A DNA stretch of 63,235 nt, filler included, from Octopus bimaculoides (lineage: Eukaryota): NCBI RefSeq assembly GCF_001194135.2. It is 6 parts of 6 records of this genome, joined end to end, with 100 filler letters (N's around TTAATTAATTAA, not from the genome) between each part and the next. Parts side by side here need not be neighbours in the genome. Positions count along the whole stretch, not along the records: positions 33,696 to 57,549 come from NC_068991.1; 5 more parts are not named here. One strand, 5' to 3'. The translations under genes and the position numbers were made by a program. Positions 38,309-51,670 of this stretch are shown here, piece by piece. Every line of letters starts with the position of its first letter. Within the stretch, counting starts at the first letter, position 1. Under the pieces are notes generated by a model. The model had not been told where the DNA came from, did no database searches, and worked only from the letters and a program-made list of their open reading frames with translations.

Positions 38309-38700
38309 CAGGGTAGGTGAAAAGTAGGTAGGCAATAAAAATTGGTAATAAAATCCTTATTCCTTTTACAAATTTATTGAAACAAATTATAAGTTCTTTA
38401 TTACATGGGAAAATTAAACTATATCTTCATATTTCAACGTAAGCACCGGTGGCGTCAACCAGTTTGCTCAAACGGCCAGGGATGGAATGAACAACCTTCT
38501 ATAGGACGTCGTCTGGAATATCCTTGAATCTCCAGAATCCGTGTCTCCTAGTCTCCCAGCGTGCGAGGTTTTGTCTTGTATTGTCTTGTACACCTCTTTT
38601 GTGTAACCCCACAGGCAAAAATCACAAGGCGTGAGATCTAGATTTCTTGGAGTTCTGAACTTCTGAACTTCTGCAGTCACAGTCTTCAGGTTTTAGCCCC
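38309..38700 (-). mobile_element. Tc1/mariner remnant (DD37D/DD41D-like C-terminus) abutting the Tc1
   Basis: DLTPCDFCLWGYTKEVY and IPGRLSKLVDATGAYVEI*; terminus CAGGGT directly after TATATATA. Confidence 0.7.
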
Positions 38701-38959
38701 TGCACGTAATGGGGTTTCTACGGACGAAAATTCGACTCTTTATACAACACCGTATGTACTGTGTATCTTGTCAGTCCACTTTCAGTCCACAAAACATTCT
38801 CAGTCCACAAAACATTCTATAAGTAATTTCTAATGCCTACTTACTTTCCACCAACCTTGTTTACATACATATAAAAGGGTAAAGAGTAAAGTTATCCTTC
38901 GGTCATGAATAACGATGGGATTGCTCCCAGAAAATTCCCCTTTCAGGCACAAGTTTGGG

Positions 38960-41445
38960 CAAGGTTTTTTTTTTATCGAAGACCTGCAGTCACCCATGTA
39001 TACCAGCCTCACCTCTCTACGTCACCGATGCTATCCAAGAGAAAGACAAAGGCTAATTCAGCTTGACACCAATGATGTCTCAACTCATTTCTACAGCTGA
39101 GTGAACTGGAGCAATGTGAAATAAAGTGTTTCACCACATCATGATTGCGAGCCCGACGCTCTAAACCAAGAGTGTCAAACATACGGCCCGTAAACCGGAA
39201 CCGGCCTGCTGCAAGGTTTCATCCGGCCCACAAAATGACTTTGGAAAGTGTAATAATTATATATTTAGTTACTTATTATTGTAAATGTTGATTTTTTGAG
39301 TATGACTGATGATGGTGTCAATGATTCAATTTCTAATAGAATAATTCCCTTCGATTATTTAAAGACTTGTTTAAATATTGTATTGGAACAAATATATTTT
39401 AAAAAAATAATTGAAAAAGGAGAAAAGTGGATACAGAGTGTAGATTATTTCAAGAAAAGTGGTCCTTTTCCTATTTATTCGTGGAGGTGAATGGGAAACC
39501 TGTGTGCTTGGTGTATTCGCAACAGGTTTCGGTGCTCAAAAAATATGACGTTCGGTGCCGCTATGAAACTCATCATGCCGACAAATACAATAACTTGCAA
39601 GGACAAATGAGAAGAGAGAAGAGCGGATCTGAAGAAACAACAATTTGCTTTAACCCAAAGTCGAGATATCAGTCAGGCAGCAGTAAAAGCTAGCTACCTT
39701 GTTGCATCAAAGCCGTATTGTGAGGGTGAATTCGTGAAAATACGCATACTTGAAGGCTGCAGAAATTGTATGAGCTGAGAAGCGACAGACTTTTACCAAC
39801 ATTAGCCTGATGAGAAACACTGTGGCAGATAGGATTTCAGATCTTTTTGCAGATTTGGAGAGGCAACTGAAGCACAAAGTCAAGTCAATTATTGCATTTT
39901 CGGTAACAATTGATGAGAGCACAGACATTTTGGATGTCACGCAACTGACCATATTCACTCGTGGTGTATACGAGACCTTGACTGTTGGTTCCTATGAGGG
40001 ACACCACAATAGCAAATGACATTTTCATCTCTCTCGTTGGAGCACTGGACAGGGTCGGAGTGGACAGGGCCCGTGCTGTCAGCATGGCTACAGATGGCGC
40101 TCCATCAGTGATTGAGAAAAAAGCAAATAAAAGACGTAATTTTTGGATATTTCACTGCATTTTGCACCAGGAAGCATTATGTTGCAAGTCGTTCAAAATG
40201 GATCACGTCCTGGAAGTGGTTGTCCGAACTGTTATTTTCATCCGAAATAGAAGTCTGAATCACCATCAGTTTCACAATCTTCTCAGCGATATAGGCGTTA
40301 CCTATGGCTTGCCATATCAAACCGAGGTAAGGTGGTTAGGCCGAGGTGCTGTGTTGAAGCGTTTCTTTAACCTAAGAGAAATTGAACAGTTCATGGAGAA
40401 AAATGGCAAACCAGTGTTAGAATTTCAATCATCAGAATTGCTGCAACATTTAGCATTTAACGTGGATATTACAGAGCACTTGAATTATCTGAACAAAGTG
40501 CTGTAAGGCCGTAAAAATTTGTCACGCAGTATTTTGAAAGCATACGCACGTTCAAGTGGAAGCTATTTTGTGGGAGACACAATTGTCAGGTGGTGACCCT
40601 GATCCTTTTCGTTGTCTAAAACATGTGGTTACGACCGCAGATAATATTGACACGAATCGGTACAAAGACAATATCACGGGATTGCTGTGAGAGCTTCAGC
40701 AAGTTTCAGATTTCACAGTGTTTCGCTCGCCATTTACAGCCATCGCCTCTGATCTGCCCGTCAACATCCAACTTGAGATGATTGACTTGCAGTGTGATTC
40801 AGATTTGAATTACAAATTTACCTCGGTGGGCTTGAACACATTTTATCAGTATCTCTTTCCAAAGTACCCTAAATTGACAGCCCTTGCTGCGAAAGTTTAG
40901 TGTATGTTCGGCACGACCTACCTTTGTGAACAAGTTTTCTCTGTAATGAGCATCAATAAAAAAGAACTGCGTTCAAGGTTCACACATAAGCACCTAAATG
41001 ACATCCTGAAGTTGGCTGCTACTCAGGATTTGACGCCTGATGTTGATGCATGTATGAAAGAGGAAAGATGCCAAGTTTCAGGAACACATTGAAAATAAAT
41101 GATAAAAAATAAAAGTGTTCTTAAATGTTTTTCAAAGTGTTTTCTTTTAATTTATAAATTGTATACATTTACAAGGTAGTTTGATAACTCAGTCTTCTTT
41201 AGCAGTTACCACTTTCACTTATTCAATGGTTTGCAAAAGAAAAAAAAATTATTCTTTAAACACGAATATTTTCAGAATGTAGTTTTTTACACTAAAACAA
41301 AGGGAAAATTTTGAAATTGCTATTTATAGGTTCTTAAGACATGATTTTACTGGTCCGGCTCGTTTGGGATCAAACTGAGTTGATATGAGGCCCGGAAACT
41401 AAAATGAGTTTGACACACCTGCTCTAACCACTAAGCCATGCGCCT
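38960..41445 (-). mobile_element. SINE family C copy split by the hAT insertion (38960-39166 plus 41422-41445)
   Basis: Left flank ...ctggagcaatgtgaaataaagtgt...gacgctctaaac resumes as ctctaaccactaagccatgcgcc, the reverse complement of a SINE head. Confidence 0.75.
39167..41421 (+). mobile_element. Full-length hAT transposon (SPIN/GTF2IRD2-like), inactivated
   Basis: 14-bp TIRs CAAGAGTGTCAAAC / GTTTGACACACCTG; 8-bp TSD CTCTAAAC / CTCTAACC. Fragments include a BED-like N-terminus, IDESTD, ATDGAPS, HCILHQEAL, EVRWL and TTYLCEQVFS. Confidence 0.95.
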
Positions 41446-41520
41446 TCTTCACTCTGTCTCCCACTCTCTCTCTCTCTATCCCTGTATTATGTGTTTATGT
41501 AGTTATGCGTAAATATGTGA

Positions 41521-41730
41521 GGGATCTTTTTTTAAAACGGGGGCCACATTTTTCATTAATGTTTTACGTAGTGTTTTTGGTACCGAAAGACTTTCAAACT
41601 TCGTATACTTATCTATTTTGTGTTATAGAACAGAAAAATATTTTTGTATTCGAATTTATTTCATGTAAAAAATTGTCTTATTTCGATAATTTCAACCAAT
41701 CACTGACAAGTATTCAGTTGTTTACCTTTA
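41521..41730. mobile_element. Partial copy of the 1671-2443 MITE
   Basis: Matches the reverse complement of 2323-2443 (the same MFYVVFLVPKDFQTSY pseudo-ORF); preceded by ATGTGA. Confidence 0.8.
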
Positions 41731-41813
41731 CTCCTTTGGCTCATTAAGCCATGTAAAGCGTATTTAATCTCCATACCTTCGTTTTATTTGCTTTTTTCAT
41801 TTTAAGTTTGCTT

Positions 41814-41880
41814 TAACCCTAACCTTAACCCTAACCCTAACCCTAACCCTAACCCTAACCCTAGGGTTAGGGTTAGGGTT
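41814..41880. repeat. Interstitial telomere-like palindrome (CCCTAA)n-(TTAGGG)n
   Basis: About 8 TAACCC units switch at CCCT|AGGG (41862/41863) to GGTTAG units that run into an N gap. Confidence 0.9.
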
Positions 41881-42378
41881 NNNNNNNNNNNNNNNNNNNN
41901 NNNNNNNNNNNNNNNNNNNNNNNNNNNNNNNNNNNNNNNNNNNNNNNNNNNNNNNNNNNNNNNNNNNNNNNNNNNNNNNNNNNNNNNNNNNNNNNNNNNN
42001 NNNNNNNNNNNNNNNNNNNNNNNNNNNNNNNNNNNNNNNNNNNNNNNNNNNNNNNNNNNNNNNNNNNNNNNNNNNNNNNNNNNNNNNNNNNNNNNNNNNN
42101 NNNNNNNNNNNNNNNNNNNNNNNNNNNNNNNNNNNNNNNNNNNNNNNNNNNNNNNNNNNNNNNNNNNNNNNNNNNNNNNNNNNNNNNNNNNNNNNNNNNN
42201 NNNNNNNNNNNNNNNNNNNNNNNNNNNNNNNNNNNNNNNNNNNNNNNNNNNNNNNNNNNNNNNNNNNNNNNNNNNNNNNNNNNNNNNNNNNNNNNNNNNN
42301 NNNNNNNNNNNNNNNNNNNNNNNNNNNNNNNNNNNNNNNNNNNNNNNNNNNNNNNNNNNNNNNNNNNNNNNNNNNNNN

Positions 42379-42414
<36 letters not shown>

Positions 42415-43681
42415 GAGCGTGCGTGCATGCGTGCGTGTGTGTGCGTGATCGTCTGTCTGTGTATATGTATACGCGCGCACACCAATACACACAGAGTAAT
42501 CGAAGGACTGGTAAATATGAAAATTGGCAGATGATCGATGGGTAGCTTAAGAAATAGATAAGAGATGCATAGATACATTTATAGATAGATAAAAAGATAT
42601 ATAGATAGATACAGTGACAAAAAAACTAGATATAGATAGGTTCAGAGAATGATAGGTAGATATGATTAGAAAGATAAATACATAAAAAGTTTCGTAACGG
42701 ATGAATACTTTAATGAGCTAATTTTATTGGCATCATAACTAAAATCATGGGAACATAATGAAGATAAAGCAGTAAGGTTTGTCAAAGTCTTTGAATATAT
42801 TTGTGACTGTGTATGTCTGAGTACAAACAATATGAAGTAAATGGAGTACAAAACAACGTCATTGATCTGAAGGGAAGCAGAGACTGTTTAAAAAGAGTAT
42901 GGAACTTGGTGTATGTAAGTGAGAGAGTATATAATTAAAAGATGATTAAATGGATGTTGGGGTGAGGGTAGATAGGGAGAAAGTGGTGAGAGATTTAGCT
43001 TCATGGTAAATTTGAAAGCATTATTATTATTGCTGTCGTTGTTGTTGTCCTTCATTTGCATAACTTATCTTGTCAAATAGTGGCGGTAAACAAGGCTGAC
43101 TTAAATAATCTTATCTTGACCGGGCATCACTTATATAATTGGCATAAAAGTTAAAAAATTAAGAAGAAAACAGTCTCGCAAACATTTGTTTTAAAAACAC
43201 ATTATGTCCCAGAAAAACATACCACCCTAAAATATGTCAACTACCTTGTGATGTACCACTCTCTTAACTANNNNNNNNNNNNNNNNNNNNNNNNNNNNNN
43301 NNNNNNNNNNNNNNNNNNNNNNNNNNNNNNNNNNNNNNNNNNNNNNNNNNNNNNNNNNNNNNNNNNNNNNNNNNNNNNNNNNNNNNNNNNNNNNNNNNNN
43401 NNNNNNNNNNNNNNNNNNNNNNNNNNNNNNNNNNNNNNNNNNNNNNNNNNNNNNNNNNNNNNNNNNNNNNNNNNNNNNNNNNNNNNNNNNNNNNNNNNNN
43501 NNNNNNNNNNNNNNNNNNNNNNNNNNNNNNNNNNNNNNNNNNNNNNNNNNNNNNNNNNNNNNNNNNNNNNNNNNNNNNNNNNNNNNNNNNNNNNNNNNNN
43601 NNNNNNNNNNNNNNNNNNNNNNNNNNNNNNNNNNNNNNNNNNNNNNNNNNNNNNNNNNNNNNNNNNNNNNNNNNNNNNNAT

Positions 43682-43713
<32 letters not shown>

Positions 43714-43764
43714 GTCTGTGTGTGTGTGTGTGCGTGCGTGTGTGTGTGTGTGTATGTATGTATG

Positions 43765-43795
<31 letters not shown>

Positions 43796-44149
43796 TTGTG
43801 TGTCTGTGTTTGTCCCCCCATCATCGCTTGACAACCGATTTACTTCCCCGTAACTTCGCGGTTCTGCAAAAGAGAACGATAGAACAAAGCTTACAAAGAA
43901 TAAGTCCTGGGGTCGATTTATTCGACTAAAAGGGAGGGGTGGGTGCTCCAGCATGGCCGCAGTCTAATGACATAAATAAGTCAAAGAGTATACCTAAAAC
44001 GAAATATTATAAAATGGGTAAGGAAAAATGGGTAGTGATATTAGCATACCACCTGTTATTCAAATTATAGAGTTCTGAGGGTAAAACAAAAATTGTCTAA
44101 TATATATTATTGGGTTGGCAACTAAGTTCCCAATACATAATACAGAGAG

Positions 44150-44725
44150 GAGAAGAAGATATCGTGTATAACTTGCTCTATCTTTCCATAATGATCTACT
44201 GCATGTTGTTGCATCAGACGTTTACTTCTCATTATGCCATTGAACTCGTCCTTTCTTACCTGAAGCCGATAAGAATAAGTCACATTCAGTGATGTTTTTG
44301 CTTCGGTCATTGTCCTTCAAGAGCACATTCCAGCCATCTTCTCCATAGGAAAACAGAAGTACGTAATGAAGAAGGTCATAGCTTTTGTGGATTTGACTAA
44401 TGTAGTCTAACTTCTCATTGCTCTCTTTGTACTGCACAACATCCGCAGGCTTAATATTTGGATTATTGGTATCATCTCCCACCGTGATCACAGCAACTTC
44501 TGCTGCAGTTGATGGATTACAGGTTCTCTCATGTAATCCAGCAGGAATAAGCCGTTTATAATGACTTATAATAATATCACCGGTAGAACATTTTCCTGAT
44601 GTAGGGTATTCCTTAATTATATCAATGCATGTTCAAATATAGTTGTGCGTAGACTGGTTTCCTGTTTACTGGTGATAGGAAACTTCCTATGCGGTGGTAC
44701 AACTTTCCTTGAATCTTGAAAGTAA
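44150..44725 (-). mobile_element. Helitron Rep/helicase remnant
   Basis: FKIQGKLYHRIGSFL...AQLY; IPAGLHER...TAAEVAVITVGD; HKSYDLLHYVLLFSYGEDGW; YSYRLQVR...RLMQQHAVDHYGKIE. Confidence 0.85.
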
Positions 44726-45439
44726 TCATAAAAGTGCTATCACCCAAGAATTAATCTTCCTCTTTCGTTCCTTTGCGCCTTATGGGCTCAACTTACCATC
44801 TCTCTTCATCTGACACCTATCCCACATAGATTTCCACCATCACCACATTCAACTGCCTCTACACACCTGAACACCGCCTACCTCAGTACCCTCACTATAC
44901 AAACACCCTTATACACTATTCAGCTCATTACTCACTTCACACACAATTACAGACACACCCACAAACACCGTCCAACTCCACACGCACTAGGACCCATCAC
45001 CTCTCAACACCCACACCACACACCATTATCCATACACCCGCACACACTCTTCAATAGTATCACAACACATACCGCTATACGAGCACCCCTACACGCTGTT
45101 CAACTCAGAACACACACCGCACACCATCATGCACACTTCCACACTCACACACTCACAAGAACATGCATTCCTACTCCACATACACTAGCACCGAGTATCT
45201 GCCAACCTCTACCTCCCTTCACTACTACCTCTACCCATTCCCTATTCCACCTCCTTACCCCTACCTTTCACCACCCCTTCTCATCTTCACTCACACCTCT
45301 ATCCCACCTCCTAACTCCTAACCGCTATCTTTTGCGACCCCATCCCATCTCGCACCTCTATGCATTCCCCCACGACACAGCAGGAATTCCAAAAAGGCAC
45401 AACGCCTGAACACAGACAATGTATATACANNNNNNNNNN

Positions 45440-45484
<45 letters not shown>

Positions 45485-46093
45485 CACACACATACACACA
45501 CATACACACTTGCACACACCACCTGAACAAGCACACATTAACTGCTAAACACAAGCGTTTGCACACGCATGTTAGCGCGCGCATACACACACACGTTAGC
45601 CTCACACATATACACACGTCCATACGCGCACACACACAAAAATACACAAAACGCACATCACTCCCTCTAAACAACACATACACTAGGTTACTTGTACACA
45701 TACACAAACGCCCCGGCCGATGCTTTTGTGCATACATGATAACCGGACACATACGTACACACACATACATATCAGTATACGAAACGCATATCTCTCCACA
45801 TAATGTATGTACTGGGTCACGCATACACATAAGTCCACATAATTTTCAGCTCGCCCACACATACATACTTATGCACTCGCCCCTACTCATAATACATACA
45901 CGCTCACACACACCATTCTCACATACTCACAGGCGCTTGAATAAATTTGCTTAGCTAGGTTATCGTTATTATCAATCTTTTATTCAGCCTCTTCCTTCAG
46001 GCCATTTCATCATGTTGAACCGTTAATCCTACTCATTTTTTTCTCTGTGTTTTCTTTTTTTTTTCATTTTCTTTACTTTTTTCCATCTTAATC

Positions 46094-46129
46094 CTTTCTG
46101 TCGAAGAGCGTAGACTCGAAACGTAAAAG
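46094..46129 (+). ncRNA. Hammerhead-like motif with variant core CUGUCGA
   Basis: CTTT-CTGTCGA-A-GAG(CGTAGA)CTC-GAAA-C-GTA-AAAG. Confidence 0.4.
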
Positions 46130-46449
46130 ACTTTCCATTCTTCCCGAGCGTTAAACTAGTACACCTGCTGGCTGTTCCTACACTTGTCTTCGTCTTAGCA
46201 TTTGGAAAGTTGAATTTTAATGTGTTGTACGTGTGGTGCTTAAGTTTTAAATTTTGGATGTGAGGTGGTGGTGCATTTTGTGTTGGGAAGAAGAAGTCTT
46301 TCATTGTGGGTGTTTGTGCAGTCTGTTTGTGCTGTGTAGTGTGTCGGTGCTTGTGGTGGTAGTGTTGGTGTTGTTGTTTAGTGTGTTTGCTTGTTGCTGC
46401 TTTTGGAATTTCCTCCTGTTTGCCCTTTTCCCTCTTTTTCTATTGTCTT

Positions 46450-46600
46450 TCTTTTCCTTTTTTGTGGACTCTAGTATTAATAGGCGATTGCAACGCTGTC
46501 TTAGATGGACGTTTCGATTGTGTGGGAGTATCTGATAGGAGAGTGGGGTGCAAAAGCCTCCAAAACCTGCTCACACATTTTCAGTTGTGTGACAGATAGT
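46450..46600 (+). mobile_element. APE endonuclease fragment of an L1/Tx1-like LINE
   Basis: TLVLIGDCNAVLDGRFD...LQNLLTHFQLCDR resembles the GDFN..LD..D motif. Confidence 0.5.
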
Positions 46601-48698
46601 GACTAGATTGCACACGCAAAACAAGCGTTGGTTTTTGATAACCGTTGGGAATTGGTAAGCGTTAGGGATTGGCAGCATCGTTGAATTTGTTCAGGTCTAT
46701 TATCGACAGATCGCCACCATATTCAGGTGTCACCTCCAATTGCTAGCTGTGCCCCCGCGAAAAACGGCATATCCTCCAACAACCCGCAGTATCCACCAAC
46801 AAACATACGATTTATCGTACTACTGTCACCAGAAGTATGCCCTTCTGGCAAATTTCTGATTACTGACAACCTGGATACATCATCTTAGCACAGCCTGCAC
46901 CAAAGTCACAATGAATCCCATAACCAGGACCGCCATTTATCAATCTCCATTTACCAACCCCCAACGAATAGCAATCCCCAACACTTACCAATTCCCAACG
47001 CCTGTTTTGCACGTGTATACTGACGCATGCGTGCATCTGAATGCACAAGTGCACGCACATGCGTGTGTGCGCGCACACTGGTATGCATGCGTACATGCAT
47101 GCGAATATACATATGCACATATGAATGAATACGCATGTGTGTGTGTATGCGTGTATGTGTGTGCATCTGAGCGTATGCTTGTATACGTGTGTGTGAGCGT
47201 GTGCATGTTCGTCCAAGCGTGTGTGTGTGTGTGTATGTGTGTGTGTGTGTAGACGTGCGCGTGCGTGCCATGTACAATTGCACACACACGCGTCAATATA
47301 CACATGCACGCAAAAGTATACGAGCGCGCCTACACACCCATATACAAGTATATACTTGCACATGCCGCTCCTTCCTATTTCTTCTTCAAACAACCTGACC
47401 AATTTCTTAATCGCCACGTACTCTATTTCCTGTCCTTTAACATAAGGCTGACCCAGGGCTAAACGACTAATCAATGAATGTGGCGATCCAATCACGAATC
47501 CACTATAGCAGTGTCTCTGAACTAATCCACTTTCGATTACCGCCCCTCCAACATCATATCATTTATCCATTTATTATAAATAAAAAACGAACTCGAAATA
47601 ATTGCTATATATAAGTAAAATGTTTTAATAATTGTTTTTATNNNNNNNNNNNNNNNNNNNNNNNNNNNNNNNNNNNNNNNNNNNNNNNNNNNNNNNNNNN
47701 NNNNNNNNNNNNNNNNNNNNNNNNNNNNNNNNNNNNNNNNNNNNNNNNNNNNNNNNNNNNNNNNNNNNNNNNNNNNNNNNNNNNNNNNNNNNNNNNNNNN
47801 NNNNNNNNNNNNNNNNNNNNNNNNNNNNNNNNNNNNNNNNNNNNNNNNNNNNNNNNNNNNNNNNNNNNNNNNNNNNNNNNNNNNNNNNNNNNNNNNNNNN
47901 NNNNNNNNNNNNNNNNNNNNNNNNNNNNNNNNNNNNNNNNNNNNNNNNNNNNNNNNNNNNNNNNNNNNNNNNNNNNNNNNNNNNNNNNNNNNNNNNNNNN
48001 NNNNNNNNNNNNNNNNNNNNNNNNNNNNNNNNNNNNNNNNNNNNNNNGGCAGGATCACAAGTTCTGACTCTTGTATCTGGGTAAGTCTTGTGCATTGCAT
48101 CTATAATGAGCAATGCTTTAATCGAACATTGTAAATATATTGAAATTATTATTGTATATTTAAAAGTGTAAACATTTAATCGATACAGCTACTTCACCCC
48201 TTTTACGTTTGTCTGTCCTTGCTCGTCCCCTCTTTGCAATGCCTTTATGGCAAATATTTATGAAATAAAGTAGATAAGGCAAGTGTCTTCTACTATAGCC
48301 TCGGGCCGACCAAAGCCTTGCAAGTGGATTTGATAGACGGGAACTGAAAGAAGCCCGTGTCTCTTTTTGCCGTCCCCAACATCGCTTGACAACCGATGCT
48401 AGTGTGTTTACGTCCCCCGTAATTTAGCGGTTCGGCAAAAAGAGATCGATAGAATAAGTACTAAGCTTACAAAAAATAAGCCCTGGGGTCGATTTTCTCG
48501 ACTAAACGCGGTGCTCTAGCATGGCCGCTGTTAAATGACTGAAATAAATAAAAGAATAAAAGAATATAAAGTAACGCGTAACATCTTCACTAACGTCGCC
48601 ACTGAATTTGGGATGTTTATATTACTTATGAGGTATTCATGTTTATGACATATTTAAACAAATTATCCTAGTGATAATTTTATCAAAGCTAATTAACA

Positions 48699-50304
48699 TT
48701 AAGAACGAAAGTGCTTTTCTTCTGTTTTTGAAAGTTTAGGGATATCACATGCATTTGAAGAAACTCCTGTTCTTTGTTCATTACTCAAGTCTTTTTTTAC
48801 AGTAAATTTGATACGAAGACGATTTTTTGCATAATTCAATGTGAAAAAACTGCTCTCATCGAAAAGTGAGATGCGAGTTTCAAGGCATTTTTATGTAAAG
48901 CAGGTAATTTCTCAAGATTGATTGATTTGTAGATGTCCAATAAAGACAGATTTAAATACTTCGATTTTATTAAGTTATCCGACTGCAAATCAATTAATTC
49001 TCATTGTAATGAATCCGAAGCCTCTTCAGGACACATAACAAAAGATGTTTGAAAAACACGTAGCACGATTTTATTTTTCAAATTTTTTCAAAGGACTTTC
49101 ACACTCGTCAGAATGTTCCTTTATTGATTCGGTATTTTGTTCGCTCAGTTTCGGAAAATGTGTGAAGCACTTTCTTTTCAATTGTGTGACAAATAAAGGA
49201 AGCTTTTGATATAAGCAAACTGATTGTAGCCTTGTAGCTTCAAGTTCAAATGATTTAAATGACTAGTTACATATACTAAAAATGCTAAACCACTTCGAGA
49301 CGTTTTATCTTCCAGTCCTATAATAGGAACAACTTTAATATCTATAAAAATTTTCACTTCTTCCTTCAGTTCATAAAATCGCTAAAGCATTTGGGCCTTA
49401 CTTAACCCCTTAATTTCACAATGGTACAATAAATTCCCATATTCGGCTTCATGAATAAAGAAGTGACACAAAGTTTCCGGATCCAAAAGGCGCTTCTTAA
49501 ATTCATTCCTAATCAGAGTCACGAACCCTTTTTTACGACCTACCATAGATAGAGCGCCATCTGTAGCAAGACCACTCATTTTTTCATACGGTAAATCAAA
49601 ATCCTTTAAGGCTGAGTCGACCATATGAAATAAATAGTCACCTCTAGTTGTTCCATGCATTAATTTCAAGGTAAGTAATTCTTCCCGAATGTTGAATTTT
49701 GCAGTTTTTCCACGTATAAATATTGCCATCTGAGCAGTATAAGACAGATCAATTGTCTCATTAATAGCTAATGAATACAATACGAATTCTGCTGAATCAG
49801 ATTTTAAAGAATTTCGAATGTCATCAGCAATATCATTAATACGAACAGAAACAGTTCTTCTTGATAAGCTAATATTTCCAAACACTAAGTTTTTATGGGC
49901 TTATATTCTCAACAGCAGTAAGGATACATTCTTTCACGAGTTCACCATTGCTGTGTGGTTTGAGTTTTTTAGCAATATTTTCGCACACCGCATAACTAGC
50001 TCGAGTTACTGATTCAGTTTCAAGAATCGACTTTTAAAAAAAGCTTGTCTTTTGGACAGATTTTCTTTCAAGGAGGCTATCTTGTTCAAACGCTCAAATT
50101 CTTTCAAATATTCATAGGTTATGCTCACTCACAAAATGCCTCTCAATATTAGATATTATATGAACGGCTTCTTGTTCGTTGCAAATAAGACAAATGCACT
50201 TGTTAACTATTTCAATAAAAAAAGCAAAGCTCTATCCATTTTTCATTAAACAAAGCTCGTTCATCAGCACTTCTTTGTTTAGGATTTTTATAACCGCTTG
50301 CCAT
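48699..50304 (-). pseudogene. Second, more decayed hAT (GTF2IRD2/ZBED-like) transposase
   Basis: ATG at 50304 MASG...FNEKW...CICLICNE; ISLSRRTVSVRINDI; SLAINETID; LATDGALSMVG; EQFFS..NYAK. TIRs not located. Confidence 0.85.
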
Positions 50305-51496
50305 ATTGACAAGGGTATCGAAAAACTGATTTAACAAAGTTACAAACCGGTTGTATTTATATCACCACTTTCGGAATTTTAATTATTACCGCTTCCTGGG
50401 AAAAACAAAAGCCAACTGGCTCGTAGTTGTAATGCATGCGTTCAGTGTTGTAAAAAATATAAAAAATAAAAATCTGCAAAAAAATTATGATACCGTATGG
50501 TTCAGCAAGGCTTAACTTGATTTTTCTCCCTCCCTTGTCCATACAAGCGAGTGAGTAGGAAAGGGCGATAACTGATAAGTCGATGGTACATGAAAGTAAC
50601 TGCTGTTGACTTTTTTGACACTGACTGATAGCAAAACTGCAACACCCCTCTCGAAAACAGTTGTTTTTTTATTGCTTTTTCAGAAAAAAAAAAAAAGTTA
50701 GTAATATATTTTTATAATCCTGTTCACAAAGCACCAAATTAGTAGTTTCTGTTTCGATGAAGCTTTACCAATTTGGTTTTGATTTTTAATAGAGTTTAAG
50801 ACATTTTTTGCTTATCGATTGATATTTAAAAATTTGTTTTATAGTAAAAACAAAATTTTCATTCAATTGGCAATTACTGGACGATTTCTGTTCGAGTCTG
50901 GCCGTTTTAAGTCGTTGTGGAAACCCGACCTATGTTGCAAATAGGCATACAAGTATTTTATAAATTTTATAATTGAAAAATTTACTTTATTTTGTACANN
51001 NNNNNNNNNNNNNNNNNNNNNNNNNNNNNNNNNNNNNNNNNNNNNNNNNNNNNNNNNNNNNNNNNNNNNNNNNNNNNNNNNNNNNNNNNNNNNNNNNNNN
51101 NNNNNNNNNNNNNNNNNNNNNNNNNNNNNNNNNNNNNNNNNNNNNNNNNNNNNNNNNNNNNNNNNNNNNNNNNNNNNNNNNNNNNNNNNNNNNNNNNNNN
51201 NNNNNNNNNNNNNNNNNNNNNNNNNNNNNNNNNNNNNNNNNNNNNNNNNNNNNNNNNNNNNNNNNNNNNCACACACACACACACACACATATGCACACAC
51301 ACGCGCGCGCATGCTCACGCTTACACACACACACACTGAAATATACGCACACGCGCACATACATACACACACACATAGATACACATACACACACACACAC
51401 ACACACATATGCACACACACGCGCGCGCATGCTCACGCTTACACACACACACACTGAAATATACGCACACGCGCACATACATACACACACATAGAT

Positions 51497-51527
<31 letters not shown>

Positions 51528-51614
51528 CTAGTATGATTTGAGTAATATTTGGTTGCATTTTCTAGCAAATCGAACAAGTTCGGACATGGTGAGTTATTTG
51601 ATTTAACAAGTATT

Positions 51615-51669
<55 letters not shown>

Positions 51670-51670
51670 A

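Noticed and set aside
1896-51577. Many long ORFs full of X in the track
   Set aside because: They are open only because N-runs contain no stops.
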